From positions 27,559-91,558 of the forward strand of contig CAZDTP010000003.1 of the NCBI GenBank assembly GCA_964508365.1: a stretch of DNA of 64,000 nucleotides, written 5' to 3'. The stretch is from an uncultured archaeon (GTDB lineage Archaea > Asgardarchaeota > Lokiarchaeia > Sigyniarchaeales > SOKP01). Both the position numbers and the translations under genes were made by a program. The notes under the pieces were generated by a model, which had not been told where the DNA came from, did not search any database, and saw only the letters and a list, made by a program, of their open reading frames with translations. Positions 18,385 through 28,109 of this stretch are shown here, piece by piece; the first letter of the stretch is position 1; every line of letters starts with the position of its first letter.

Positions 18385-20319
18385 ATGCCAAATCAAACAG
18401 AAAGCAGAGATAAAAAAAAAAGAACTTCTGAAAGTAAAGAGAAACACACACTAAAATGTTTTGGACCTGTTGGTAACCTAGAAGAATATGTTAAAAAGGA
18501 CTGGTGGAAAAGGATATTTAACGCATTTTATTTAAAAACAGATGGTGATGTAGTAGAAGACCAGAATATTACTGAATTCGAAGTGAATTACTTTTCTAAA
18601 ATCATGAATTTTCAACCTGAACATCAGATTCTTGATCTCTGTTGTGGTCAAGGAAGACACTCCATTGAATTAGCTAATAAAGGTTTTAAAAACATATATG
18701 GTTTAGATCGTTCAAGATATTTAATTCAAAAAGCTAAATCAAATTCAAAAAAAAGGGGACTTTTATGTAAATTTCGAGAAGGTGACGCTAGAAACCTACC
18801 ATACAATCCAGATACATTTGATTTTATCTTGCTTTTAGGCAATAGTTTTGGATATTTTGAATCAATTAACGATGATATTCAAGTACTAAGAGAAGTATTC
18901 CGCGTATTAAAACCACGGGGAAAAATATTAATAGATCTAACTGATGGAGAATACATTAGAAACAATTTTCAAACACGTTCATGGGAATGGATTGATAAGG
19001 AACTTTTTGTATGTCGAGAACGATCTTTATCATTAGATCAGCAAAAATTGATTTCACGTGAAGTGATAACCCATGTTAATAAAGGAGTATTAGTGGATCA
19101 GTTTTACTCAGAAAGATTATATTCTCAAGAGGGGATTTCAGAGTTTTTAAAGAAGGTAGGGTTTAATGATGTAATTGTTCATGGTTCAATTACTCCTGAA
19201 TCTCAAAGGGATCAAGATTTAGGCATGATGGAAAAAAGAATTATAGTTAGCGGAATAGTTGAAAAAGAATGGACACAGATTAAAACGAAAGAAAAAACAG
19301 CTGCAAGAAATATTGTCGTAATTTTTGGAGACCCTAAAAAACCAGATATACTTAAACCCTTACATAAATTTGATGATGACGATATCTTTACAATAAATCA
19401 ATTAAAAGCTACACTAAAGGAGCTAGATGAATATAAAATCTCATATTTAGATAATCACACCACTTTTATTCAAGATTTGCAAAATGTACAAGGAAAAATT
19501 GATTTTGTTTTTAATTTATGTGATGAGGGCTATTACAATGAAGCTAGAAAGGAATTACATATACCTGCCTTGCTAGAAATTCTAAAAATTCCATATACCG
19601 GATCTGGACCTCAATGTCTCGCCTTCTGTTATGATAAATCTTTAGTAAGAGGTATAGCAAAAGAATTAGAAATTCCCGTTCCTGAAGCAGTTTTCATTAA
19701 ACCTGGAGAAAAAATTATAGATTTACCACTATACTTCCCTGCAATTGTAAAACCTAATTTTGGGGACTCTAGTTTCGGAATTACTCAGAAAAGCGTAGTG
19801 GAAAATGGAGAGGAATTATTAAGTGCAATTGCCGATATTCGTGAAAAATTTGGCTATGATAAACCTATTTTAGTGGAACAGTTCCTTCCTGACAAGGATC
19901 TCACCGTTGGAATTATCGGAAATTTACCTGAAAATTATATTATCCTCCCAATTATAGAAGAAGATTATTCAAGTTTACCTCCAGGATTACCAAAGATATG
20001 TGGTTATGAAGCAAAATGGTTAAAAGATTCTCCTTATTGGAATATTAAATCTATTCCTGCAAATCTTCCACAAAACACAATTGAAATTATTGAAAGTTGT
20101 TCTCTAAAATTATTTGAACGGTTAGAGTGTCAAGACTATGCGCGATTTGATTGGCGCTTGGATACCAAAGGAAATCCTAAACTTTTAGAAGTAAATCCTA
20201 ACCCCGGTTGGTGTTGGGATGGTCATCTAGCAAAAATGTGTAATTTTGCAAATATCACATATAAGGAAATGTTAAATAAAATCTTAGAAGCAGCAGCAAG
20301 AAGGATTGGATCAAAATAA
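18385..20319 (+). CDS. fusion protein: class-I SAM methyltransferase + D-Ala-D-Ala-ligase-family ATP-grasp
   Basis: The N-terminal half has ILDLCCGQGRHSIELA (motif I) and LKPRGKILID. The C-terminal half has ATP-grasp hallmarks PAIVKPNFGDSSFGI, ILVEQFL and LLEVNPNPGW. Confidence 0.75.
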   Translation: MPNQTESRDKKKRTSESKEKHTLKCFGPVGNLEEYVKKDWWKRIFNAFYLKTDGDVVEDQNITEFEVNYFSKIMNFQPEHQILDLCCGQGRHSIELANKGFKNIYGLDRSRYLIQKAKSNSKKRGLLCKFREGDARNLPYNPDTFDFILLLGNSFGYFESINDDIQVLREVFRVLKPRGKILIDLTDGEYIRNNFQTRSWEWIDKELFVCRERSLSLDQQKLISREVITHVNKGVLVDQFYSERLYSQEGISEFLKKVGFNDVIVHGSITPESQRDQDLGMMEKRIIVSGIVEKEWTQIKTKEKTAARNIVVIFGDPKKPDILKPLHKFDDDDIFTINQLKATLKELDEYKISYLDNHTTFIQDLQNVQGKIDFVFNLCDEGYYNEARKELHIPALLEILKIPYTGSGPQCLAFCYDKSLVRGIAKELEIPVPEAVFIKPGEKIIDLPLYFPAIVKPNFGDSSFGITQKSVVENGEELLSAIADIREKFGYDKPILVEQFLPDKDLTVGIIGNLPENYIILPIIEEDYSSLPPGLPKICGYEAKWLKDSPYWNIKSIPANLPQNTIEIIESCSLKLFERLECQDYARFDWRLDTKGNPKLLEVNPNPGWCWDGHLAKMCNFANITYKEMLNKILEAAARRIGSK

Positions 20320-20697
20320 TTATAATCATGGTTATAGATAATATTATGAAAAAAAATGAAGAGAGTTTTCCTACATCAAACATTTTCTTGTAAGCTTAGT
20401 ATTAAAAAACGGATTTAAAGGAATTAGATCAAGAAGTCAAATAAAAGGAGTATAAGATGTTAAACTTAAAGGAAATATGGAATTTAGCCCAAACTCGAGT
20501 CTTTATATTCTTAAAAAAAAAAAACTTTTTTTACTTTGGTTATTTGTATTAAATTCCAAGCTAAACCTCCTAAATCACTCAAATCACTCAAATTCTTTTA
20601 GATCTCTAAAAACTATGGATTAAAGTATATAATACATTTAAATTATCTTGAAAATTCTTATTTATAGTTTAAAGTTCCTTAATTTAAGAACATAAAT

Positions 20698-21714
20698 ATG
20701 ACCACTTTAAGGATAACAACCCCTTGTAGAATCCATCTTTCTTTAATCGATGAAAACGGATACACTGGCCGAGTTGATGGTGGAATCGGTCTAATGTTAG
20801 ACCGTCCTAACGTAATTATTGAAACTACGAATCACGCGGAAGAATTTAAAATTGAAGCTCATAAATATTATCGCGAATCAATTGAAGTGATTAATGAGCA
20901 AGCTTCAAAAATTTTTAAAGCGTTCAATATAAACAATAAGAACTTCCATTTTAATCTTAAAAGGTATTTTCCAAGCCATGTAGGTTTAGGTTCAAAAACA
21001 CAATTATCGTTGGCTATCGCTGTCGCGATAACTACATTGAAAAACATTACTCATCACTCTTTAAAGGATCTTACTCGACTTGTTAATAGAGGTGGAACTT
21101 CAGGAATAGGATGGAGGGGTTTCGAACAAGGTGGCTTTATAGTTGATGCCGGACACGAGTTTGGGAAAGGTAAAGAAAAAGAAACTTTTTTGCCTTCTTC
21201 AGCATCAAAAGAAGTTAATCCTGCACTTACAATTTTAAGATATCCTATCCCAGAACATTGGAGATTTGTATTAGTTATACCTAATGTAAAGAAAGGAGCT
21301 TACGGCGATGAAGAAATAAGTATTTTCCAAAGTCATGCTCCAATCCCAAAAGTAGAAGTTAATGAAGTTTCACATCAAATTTTAATGAAAATTGTGCCAG
21401 GAATTATTAAAAAAGATTTAGAATGTTTTGGGGAAGGTTTAAAAAGAATACAGAGCATAGGATTTAAAAAAATCGAAATCTCTCTACAACATGAAATCGT
21501 AAAAAAAACACTCAATCTTTTTGAAGATAATGGAGTTAAAGCTTTTGGAATGTCTTCTTTTGGCCCTAGTGTGATTGGGATTGTAGAATCTGATGAGGAT
21601 GCTAACAAACTTTTAAAAATTGTTCAGATATGTCTTAATAGTAATGGTGGGCACATCTACTTATGCAAACCTAATAATTATGGAGCAAAAATTGAATTTT
21701 TTGAGGAGAATTAA
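20698..21714 (+). CDS. mptG: beta-ribofuranosylaminobenzene 5'-phosphate (beta-RFAP) synthase, GHMP-kinase fold
   Basis: The N-terminal TPCRIHLSLIDENGYTGRVDGGIGLMLDRP is the family signature (RIH.gLiDl.g..GR.dGG.G). A GHMP-like GLGSKTQLSLA is present. It lies in a methanopterin gene context. Confidence 0.7.
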   Translation: MTTLRITTPCRIHLSLIDENGYTGRVDGGIGLMLDRPNVIIETTNHAEEFKIEAHKYYRESIEVINEQASKIFKAFNINNKNFHFNLKRYFPSHVGLGSKTQLSLAIAVAITTLKNITHHSLKDLTRLVNRGGTSGIGWRGFEQGGFIVDAGHEFGKGKEKETFLPSSASKEVNPALTILRYPIPEHWRFVLVIPNVKKGAYGDEEISIFQSHAPIPKVEVNEVSHQILMKIVPGIIKKDLECFGEGLKRIQSIGFKKIEISLQHEIVKKTLNLFEDNGVKAFGMSSFGPSVIGIVESDEDANKLLKIVQICLNSNGGHIYLCKPNNYGAKIEFFEEN

Positions 21715-22109
21715 TGTCAAACGGAAAAGAAAACGCCTATTTTTCTTTTGATATAAACGATAGAGAAAGGGCATGTTTTGAAGTAGGTATAAAATTAGGA
21801 GCTCTTTATCATATTTTGTGTGGGATGCCAATATCATCAAATTCTAATGTTATTGAGTCAATTGAAAAGGGTATTGAAGCATCGATTTCATGCCAGCCTT
21901 ATGTCATATCGGTCAAGATTAATGTAAATCGAGATGAAATTCAAGGTGATAAATCTACCGAGTTTGACTACGATGAAATTACTGGAAAGTTAATAACTGC
22001 AACTGTTGTTCTTGAGTTTAACTCGGTTGAAATTACCGCAAAAGTAGAGTGGATTCAAGAACTTAATTACCCTTTGATGTTTATTGAGAAAATAAGAAAT
22101 AAAAGCTAA
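21714..22109 (+). CDS. mptD: archaeal dihydroneopterin aldolase, MptD-like
   Basis: RERACFEVGIKLGALYHILCGMPIS and ISCQPYV resemble the MptD (MJ0408-type) family. The start overlaps the mptG stop (TAATG). Confidence 0.55.
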   Translation: MSNGKENAYFSFDINDRERACFEVGIKLGALYHILCGMPISSNSNVIESIEKGIEASISCQPYVISVKINVNRDEIQGDKSTEFDYDEITGKLITATVVLEFNSVEITAKVEWIQELNYPLMFIEKIRNKS

Positions 22110-22855
22110 GATTCTAATCTATTAATGTAGTTATAGACATGCTCAATCGCCTTTATGGCACTCTCATTTTTTCCAAATCTCCGTATTTCACTTACATTTT
22201 CTTCAATTTTATGCTTAATTGTTCTGATTAAGGTTTTGTCTTTTTTTTTTGTAGCGATATTTAATTTAGTGGCGAGTACGATAGTTTCCAATGTAAGATT
22301 TTCCGCTCTATTAAACAATTTAAAAGATTCTTTAAATTTTTTGTAGGAAATAACAGATAAATTTATTTCCATTAACTCTACCTGTCCGAAATTATCAGTC
22401 TTTACGGTTTGATTTTTATTCGTTGCTACGCATGAAATAATAGCCCACGCTTGATTTAAATATGGCAAATGAATAGTGTTATCTCGTATAATTCCTTTAA
22501 AAATTGCCTTATACTTGTTTTTCACATCAAAGGGAAAATAATTATAATATTGTTCCGATGATGTTTCGATACTATTAGAAAAATCAATAGCTTTTAAAGA
22601 TGTTATCGCATAAAGAAAGATGTCATCGACGAAATTTAAAGTAATTAATTTAGTACTATCGAGATTTTTATATGTAGTAGTATCTGGGAAAGGCCAAATT
22701 TTTATAGTATTATTTTCCAACAATCTTATACCCATAGCGGCAGTGTTTGGAATTATCTTATTATTCTTTATAGAATAAGTCGTAGCTAAAACTTCATATA
22801 AATAATTCATTTTCAGACCTATAGATGTAAGGTCTACTTGAGAATTGGATGACAT
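22106..22855 (-). CDS. DUF447-family protein (split-barrel, methanopterin-cluster associated)
   Basis: YLYEVLATTYS...PNTAAMGIRLL...IKIWPFPDTTTYKNL resembles the DUF447 N-terminal pattern (E.ivtT....N.APmG). It sits in a genomic context with mptG/mptD. Confidence 0.45.
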   Translation of the reverse strand: MSSNSQVDLTSIGLKMNYLYEVLATTYSIKNNKIIPNTAAMGIRLLENNTIKIWPFPDTTTYKNLDSTKLITLNFVDDIFLYAITSLKAIDFSNSIETSSEQYYNYFPFDVKNKYKAIFKGIIRDNTIHLPYLNQAWAIISCVATNKNQTVKTDNFGQVELMEINLSVISYKKFKESFKLFNRAENLTLETIVLATKLNIATKKKDKTLIRTIKHKIEENVSEIRRFGKNESAIKAIEHVYNYINRLES

Positions 22856-23030
22856 TACCTTTAATAATACAAATTCTTGGTGGTATAAGTAAGAATATAT
22901 CCAAGTTCTTTAATATTTTATAAAAATATAATCATATCTATACCTCGAACAAGAAGCATTAAAAATTAATAAAAATAAAAAGAATTGTTGAACTTTAATT
23001 ATAAGCAAAACAACTAGAACTTGATAATCA

Positions 23031-24122
23031 TTGAATAAGGTATTAGGAATCGACCCTGGCTCATTAACCTGGGATTTTTTCGCTTTAAAAGGTAAGCAAG
23101 TTATCTTAGATATTTCAATTCCTACAAAAGAAGTGATAGAAGAACCTTCTAAAGCGATTTCACTCATAAAATCAATAAAAAATCTTGATTTAATCGTCGC
23201 ACCAAGCGGTTTTGGATTACCACTCAAATATGTTAAGGATATTACCAAAAAAGATATTTTTTTAACACTTTTAAAATTTGACAAGAAGGAGAGGGAACAA
23301 TTAGTTGGATTAGGGGAAGTTCTTCGCTTGATTAAAGCAGAAAATCTTCCTGGGATCATTGTTCCTGGAGTTAAACATCTAGTTACAATCCCTCGATATC
23401 GTAAAATAAATAAAATCGATATGGGAACAGCAGATAAACTTTGTTCTGTCGTTACGGGAATTAGAGATCAAATGGAACGTTTAACAATATTACCTACAAA
23501 AACTAATTTCATTATGGTCGAACTTGGATTTGGTTTCACAGCAGTTTTAGCAATAGAAAACGGACAAGTGATTGATGGGATTGGGGGTTCCAACATTATG
23601 GGATTCAGAGCTTGTGGAAGTCTCGATGGAGAATTAGCCTATTTAATTAAAAACATTAAGAAAAACACCATATACGGAGGAGGATTATCCTCAATATCAG
23701 GGCATAGCGATTTAAACTTAAAACAATTTACTAGATTAGTTAAAGATGACCATCAAACAAGATTGGCTTTTCACGCTTACATTTCGGATTTAATCAAGGC
23801 AATTTATGCTATATCATCTTCTTTTTCGAATAAGGATCAAATAACTGAGATACTATTAGCTGGAAGAGTTGCAGATAATCATATTATTAAAGACGAAATT
23901 ACTAACAGGTTAGAAGGTTCCTTTATCGTTAAATTGATGCGAACCTACGGTAGTATTTCAAAACACGCAGCTCAAGGCGCTGCTTTTATTGCTAATGGTC
24001 TCCTTGAGGGAGAATTTAGCTCTATTGTAAATAATCTGAAAATTAAAGAAGCTGAAGGTTCAATTTTAGACGATATTTATATTCCTTTTGATAAAAACAA
24101 ATTATTGAGTGATTTAAATTAA
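23031..24122 (+). CDS. DUF1464-like ASKHA (sugar-kinase/actin-fold) protein
   Basis: KVLGIDPGSLTWDF is a phosphate-1-type motif and ELGFGFTAVLAIENGQVIDGIGG an ASKHA-like second motif. TTG start. Confidence 0.45.
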   Translation: MNKVLGIDPGSLTWDFFALKGKQVILDISIPTKEVIEEPSKAISLIKSIKNLDLIVAPSGFGLPLKYVKDITKKDIFLTLLKFDKKEREQLVGLGEVLRLIKAENLPGIIVPGVKHLVTIPRYRKINKIDMGTADKLCSVVTGIRDQMERLTILPTKTNFIMVELGFGFTAVLAIENGQVIDGIGGSNIMGFRACGSLDGELAYLIKNIKKNTIYGGGLSSISGHSDLNLKQFTRLVKDDHQTRLAFHAYISDLIKAIYAISSSFSNKDQITEILLAGRVADNHIIKDEITNRLEGSFIVKLMRTYGSISKHAAQGAAFIANGLLEGEFSSIVNNLKIKEAEGSILDDIYIPFDKNKLLSDLN

Positions 24123-25692
24123 AAACATTTTAATTATTACTGGTCAAAGCAGTTACCCAATTATTGAAAAAGTTATTTCTCCTATTAAAAACCACAAGAT
24201 TAAAGTTTATAAAGCTCCAATAACAATTTCTGCCTTTATTTCAGAAAACTTAGTTAAGGATATAATTAAAAAAATTGCTATTCAAGATTATGATTTAATT
24301 TTACTCCCTGGATTTATCCAGTGGGACACCACAAAATTAGAGGAACTAAATTCAATCGCAATAAGAAAAGGTCCAGAGTTTGCTTCCGATCTCCCTACGG
24401 TTTTGAAACACATAGACACTCTTAAACTTTCTAATTCTGCTCCTGCAAATAAAATATTGGAACTCTCAAGCGAACAAGAATACGAAGAGATTCTAAAAGA
24501 ACAGTTAGAAATTGCTAGAGATAACATAGATTCCAACACATTCTTTTTAAATGAAAACACCTCAAATCTAATGATCGGACCTAATCTTCCGCCTCCGATT
24601 ATTGCCGAAATAGTAAATTGCCCAGAAAAGAATAATCAAACAATACTTAGAAAAGTAAAGCATTACATAGAATCTGGTGCTGACATTATTGATATTGGCT
24701 GCGTCGCATACAAACCATATGCAGAAAAGATAAAAGAAATAGTTCATCTTATTCGTAATAATTTTAATGTCTTAATTAGCATTGATTCAATGGATAAAAG
24801 CGAAATTCTATCCGCGGTTGATGTAGGCGTTGATTTAATTTTAAGTTTGGATCGTGGTAATTATAAAGATTTTTTAAATCTCCCTCGAGATATTCCTATT
24901 GTGATATTACCAACAAATATTAAAGCAAATTATTTTCCTAAAGAACCTGAAATACGCGTTAAGAATTTGTTTAAGCTAACTCAAGAATTAAAACAAATTG
25001 GTTTTAAAAAGTTAATTGCCGATCCCCTATTAGAAACGCCTATTATTCCGGGAATTTGTAACTCTCTAGAGGCCTATTTTCTCTACAAAAAACAAGTGGC
25101 AAAAGAAGCAAACAAAAATCTGGAAATTCCTCTCTTTTTTGGCATATCTAATGTAGTAGAGCTTATGGATATTGATTCAGTGGGAATAAATGGATTATTA
25201 GCAAGTATTGCAATTGAATTAGATATGGGAATTCTATTTACAGTTGAACACAGCACTAAGCTAATGGAAGGAGTAAGAGAACTAAAAGAGAGTGTAAAAC
25301 TCAATTATATGTCAAATTATAAAAAAACTCCTCCTATAAATCACGGAATTACTGTTTTTAGGGCTAAAGGTAAGACTAGTCAAGCTCTTCCTGAAATTGG
25401 CACTTCTGACGTAATAAATGTAAAAGAATACGCTCTTGGCTACATAGCCGATAAAAATGGTTATTTTAAGTTTTATGTGAACCATTATACTAAAGAAATC
25501 TACGTATTATTTTTTTCGAATGACGATTTTCTTCTTAAAACTTTAGTAGGAACTAACGCTGAAGCACTTAGCAAAAAAGTTCTTGAACTAAATTTAACTA
25601 CAAACCTGCAACATATAAGCTATGTTGGAAGAGAGTTAGCTAAAGCAGAAGTTTGTTTAAACTTTGGTAAACCTTTTATACAGGATGAATAA
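24118..25692 (+). CDS. dihydropteroate-synthase-related protein (pterin-binding domain + DUF4346-like C-terminus); start codon unresolved
   Basis: Pterin-binding-like IESGADIIDIGCVAYKP...ISIDSMD. The C-terminal GYFKFYVNH...HISYVGRELAKAEVCLNFGKPFIQDE is DUF4346-like. The frame is open from 24118 (IKNILIITGQSSYPIIEKV...), but the first canonical start is TTG at 24403. Confidence 0.65.
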   Translation: MKNILIITGQSSYPIIEKVISPIKNHKIKVYKAPITISAFISENLVKDIIKKIAIQDYDLILLPGFIQWDTTKLEELNSIAIRKGPEFASDLPTVLKHIDTLKLSNSAPANKILELSSEQEYEEILKEQLEIARDNIDSNTFFLNENTSNLMIGPNLPPPIIAEIVNCPEKNNQTILRKVKHYIESGADIIDIGCVAYKPYAEKIKEIVHLIRNNFNVLISIDSMDKSEILSAVDVGVDLILSLDRGNYKDFLNLPRDIPIVILPTNIKANYFPKEPEIRVKNLFKLTQELKQIGFKKLIADPLLETPIIPGICNSLEAYFLYKKQVAKEANKNLEIPLFFGISNVVELMDIDSVGINGLLASIAIELDMGILFTVEHSTKLMEGVRELKESVKLNYMSNYKKTPPINHGITVFRAKGKTSQALPEIGTSDVINVKEYALGYIADKNGYFKFYVNHYTKEIYVLFFSNDDFLLKTLVGTNAEALSKKVLELNLTTNLQHISYVGRELAKAEVCLNFGKPFIQDE

Positions 25693-25721
25693 TAAAAGAT
25701 AAAAAAAGAAAGAATGTCCTT

Positions 25722-26036
25722 TTACACGATCTCAAAGCAGGTCTTTAAATCCATCCCAGGTACTAACAAAGGAACTAATTTTGCAGTAGATTTTCCTAAA
25801 TTAGCCATGTGTGTTTTCATCGCTTCTCCATCTTCATATTTTTCGTAGAAAATGATTTTATTTTTGAATTCGCTCCCTTTAACGGTGTGAGGAATATATT
25901 CTAAAGTTCCTGGTTCAGATGCTTTTATTTGTGGGACAATTTCTTTCAAAACTTCAATTACTTCTTGCATTTTGCCTTCTTTAACTTCAATTGTTGCTAT
26001 GATTGTAATCATTTTTATTTTACCTTCTAAATCCAA
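25722..26036 (-). CDS. antibiotic-biosynthesis-monooxygenase (ABM/Dabb) domain protein
   Basis: MITIIATIEVKEGKMQEVIEVLKEI...EPGTLEYIPH...IIFYEKYEDGEAMKTHMAN follows the ferredoxin-like ABM pattern. The likely true start is the internal MITII (26012). Confidence 0.6.
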   Translation of the reverse strand: MDLEGKIKMITIIATIEVKEGKMQEVIEVLKEIVPQIKASEPGTLEYIPHTVKGSEFKNKIIFYEKYEDGEAMKTHMANLGKSTAKLVPLLVPGMDLKTCFEIV

Positions 26037-26246
26037 TTTTGAATAAAGTAATTATCCTACCTACTTAAATGATAAACAAAAAAAAGAGGATTTACCATTC
26101 ATTTTATCGTTTATAGTTTTAGATCATATCTTTCAAGAAAATATAAGAGCAGATATTCATATTAAACAAGTCAAAACACTTTTAAAGTGTAAAATTCATA
26201 TAAGTTAATGTATCGCTAAAATTTTTCGTTATAAAAGGAAATAATC

Positions 26247-28109
26247 ATGCTACCCAAAAAAATGAAGGATTTTCTTAATGAACGCCTTCCAGAAGCCACG
26301 CTTCGAGCTAGAACTAAAAAAGACAATGAAAAATGTTATCTAGAATTTAGTAACTTTGACCAACACCTCTTATCAAGATTAGGAATTGTAAGTGATAAAC
26401 TTGGTCCTCAACTAGTTGCTTGTATCTGGGATGAAAATTCCGAACTTGAAATTGGTGGGTATTTAGTTGTTGATAATCTCTCTATGGGAAGACCTTCTAT
26501 GGGTGGAATTAGAATGCTTCCAAACATAACTCCTGCGGACATCCAAAATCTTGCTCGTGGCATGACGCTTAAAAATGCTGCTGCTAACTTACCATATGGT
26601 GGTGGAAAATCAGGAATAGTAGCTGAAACGAATATCTCATCGGAAATGCACGATAAAATTATAATTGGCTTCGCTCGATTAATAAGAAGATATAAAGATA
26701 TTTATGTGCCCGGTCCGGATGTTGGTACTAAAGATGCTGACATGAAATTAATTGCTATTGAGAACGGTTTAGATAGTGCAGTATCTAAAACTGCTGATAT
26801 GGGAGGTAATCGAATCGATGAATTAGGAGCTGCTGCAGGTGGAGTTGTGATCGCGTTACAGACTTTATTAAAAATTCTTCCCCGAATGAGAGTTTTACCT
26901 CAATTTGCAAATTTGGAAATACCCGATAATAAAAAACTTACTGTCATTATTCAGGGTTTTGGAGCTGTTGGAGCACACGCTTCACGAATACTGTATGAAC
27001 GAATACCTGATGCTAAAGTAATTGGTATAAGTGATCTAGAAGGATATCTATATAACGTTGATGGCCTTCCGATTAAAGATCTTTTTTCTTTATGGGAGGG
27101 TTCAGGATTAGTTACTTATAATTATTTCAACGAGAAGATTATTTCAGAAGGGTATAAACATCCAACTAAATTTTCTACTGAAGCAAATAATTTACTTCTT
27201 GAAAATGCATTTTGTTTGGTGCCTGCTGCACCAATCTTTAATTATTTAGGTGTGCGCGCTACTGACAATGCTTCTATGTTAGTTGAACGCATGGGAAAGT
27301 GGTCTGTAATTATTGAGGGTGCGAATACTTATTCTCCAGATCCAAATCGAAAAGCTGCTCGAACTCGTATGGAACAAATAGTATATGGTGAAAAAGGCGT
27401 AATGATTGCAAATGATTATTTAGTAAACTCCGGAGGAGTAATTTTCGCAGCTCAGGAACATATTATCAAAACTCCGGATAACCTTCAAATCCCGGAAAAT
27501 TTGTTAGGTGACCGTAAAGCAGTAGAGACTTGGTTAAAAGAGCACGAAAAAGATTTTGATGCGTTATCTAAAGAACGTCTTGCAGCGGGAGAAGATTGTA
27601 GAGAAAATGTAATTCATCATAATATGATTGAGTTGATTGATTTATTAGCAGCAAATCAAGACTTGTTGCCTTGTACTGCAGCGGAACGAGTTAGTCTTCA
27701 AAGACTCTCTGAAAAAGAAAAGCAACGTACTGCGAAAGATATCATGGTGTCGATTCCAACTATTGATATCAATAGTAGCATACAAGATGCGGCGAAACTC
27801 ATGATTGATAAAGCGAGCGGCATTATAGCAGTACTTTCTAAGGGAAAATTAAGTGGAGTTGTCACCGATTGGGATGTAACGCAAGCAACAGCTGAAGGTG
27901 TGAGTAACGTAACTTTAGAATTAGTAATGACTAAGAATGTTATAGCAGTCGCTCCTGATTATTCTTTACTCGACATTGTACGTGATTTAGAGCAATATCA
28001 AATTTCTGCCATGCCAGTTGTTAAAGATGGAATGGTTCTAGGAAAAGTTAGCTCAGACTTAATTGCACAGCGATATATGTCAAGTCTTTTACAAGATCGT
28101 AGCCTTTAA
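26247..28109 (+). CDS. Glu/Leu/Phe/Val dehydrogenase-family enzyme fused to a C-terminal CBS pair
   Basis: GGIRMLPNITPADIQNLARGMTLKNAAANLPYGGGKSGI is the catalytic-Lys region. IQGFGAVGAHASR is the NAD(P) fold. The last ~130 aa form two CBS-like repeats (IMVSIPTIDINSSIQDAAKLM.. / VMTKNVIAVAPDYSLLDIV..). Confidence 0.8.
   Translation: MLPKKMKDFLNERLPEATLRARTKKDNEKCYLEFSNFDQHLLSRLGIVSDKLGPQLVACIWDENSELEIGGYLVVDNLSMGRPSMGGIRMLPNITPADIQNLARGMTLKNAAANLPYGGGKSGIVAETNISSEMHDKIIIGFARLIRRYKDIYVPGPDVGTKDADMKLIAIENGLDSAVSKTADMGGNRIDELGAAAGGVVIALQTLLKILPRMRVLPQFANLEIPDNKKLTVIIQGFGAVGAHASRILYERIPDAKVIGISDLEGYLYNVDGLPIKDLFSLWEGSGLVTYNYFNEKIISEGYKHPTKFSTEANNLLLENAFCLVPAAPIFNYLGVRATDNASMLVERMGKWSVIIEGANTYSPDPNRKAARTRMEQIVYGEKGVMIANDYLVNSGGVIFAAQEHIIKTPDNLQIPENLLGDRKAVETWLKEHEKDFDALSKERLAAGEDCRENVIHHNMIELIDLLAANQDLLPCTAAERVSLQRLSEKEKQRTAKDIMVSIPTIDINSSIQDAAKLMIDKASGIIAVLSKGKLSGVVTDWDVTQATAEGVSNVTLELVMTKNVIAVAPDYSLLDIVRDLEQYQISAMPVVKDGMVLGKVSSDLIAQRYMSSLLQDRSL

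Noticed and set aside
20572-20593. A tandem direct repeat AAATCACTC x2 (plus a partial third copy) upstream of mptG.
   Set aside because: There are only two 9-bp units. It is too short to call a regulatory repeat or microsatellite with any confidence.
22910-23359. A 149-aa minus-strand ORF overlapping the start of the DUF1464-like gene.
   Set aside because: Most of its length overlaps the plus-strand ASKHA-like gene. The sequence is Ser/Phe/Leu/Ile-rich with no motif, and the non-overlapping part is AT-rich intergenic DNA.
24288-24560. A 90-aa minus-strand ORF opposite the 5' region of the DHPS-related gene.
   Set aside because: The plus-strand frame here is stop-free and protein-like and continues into a recognisable pterin-binding domain. 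The minus-strand ORF is low-complexity.
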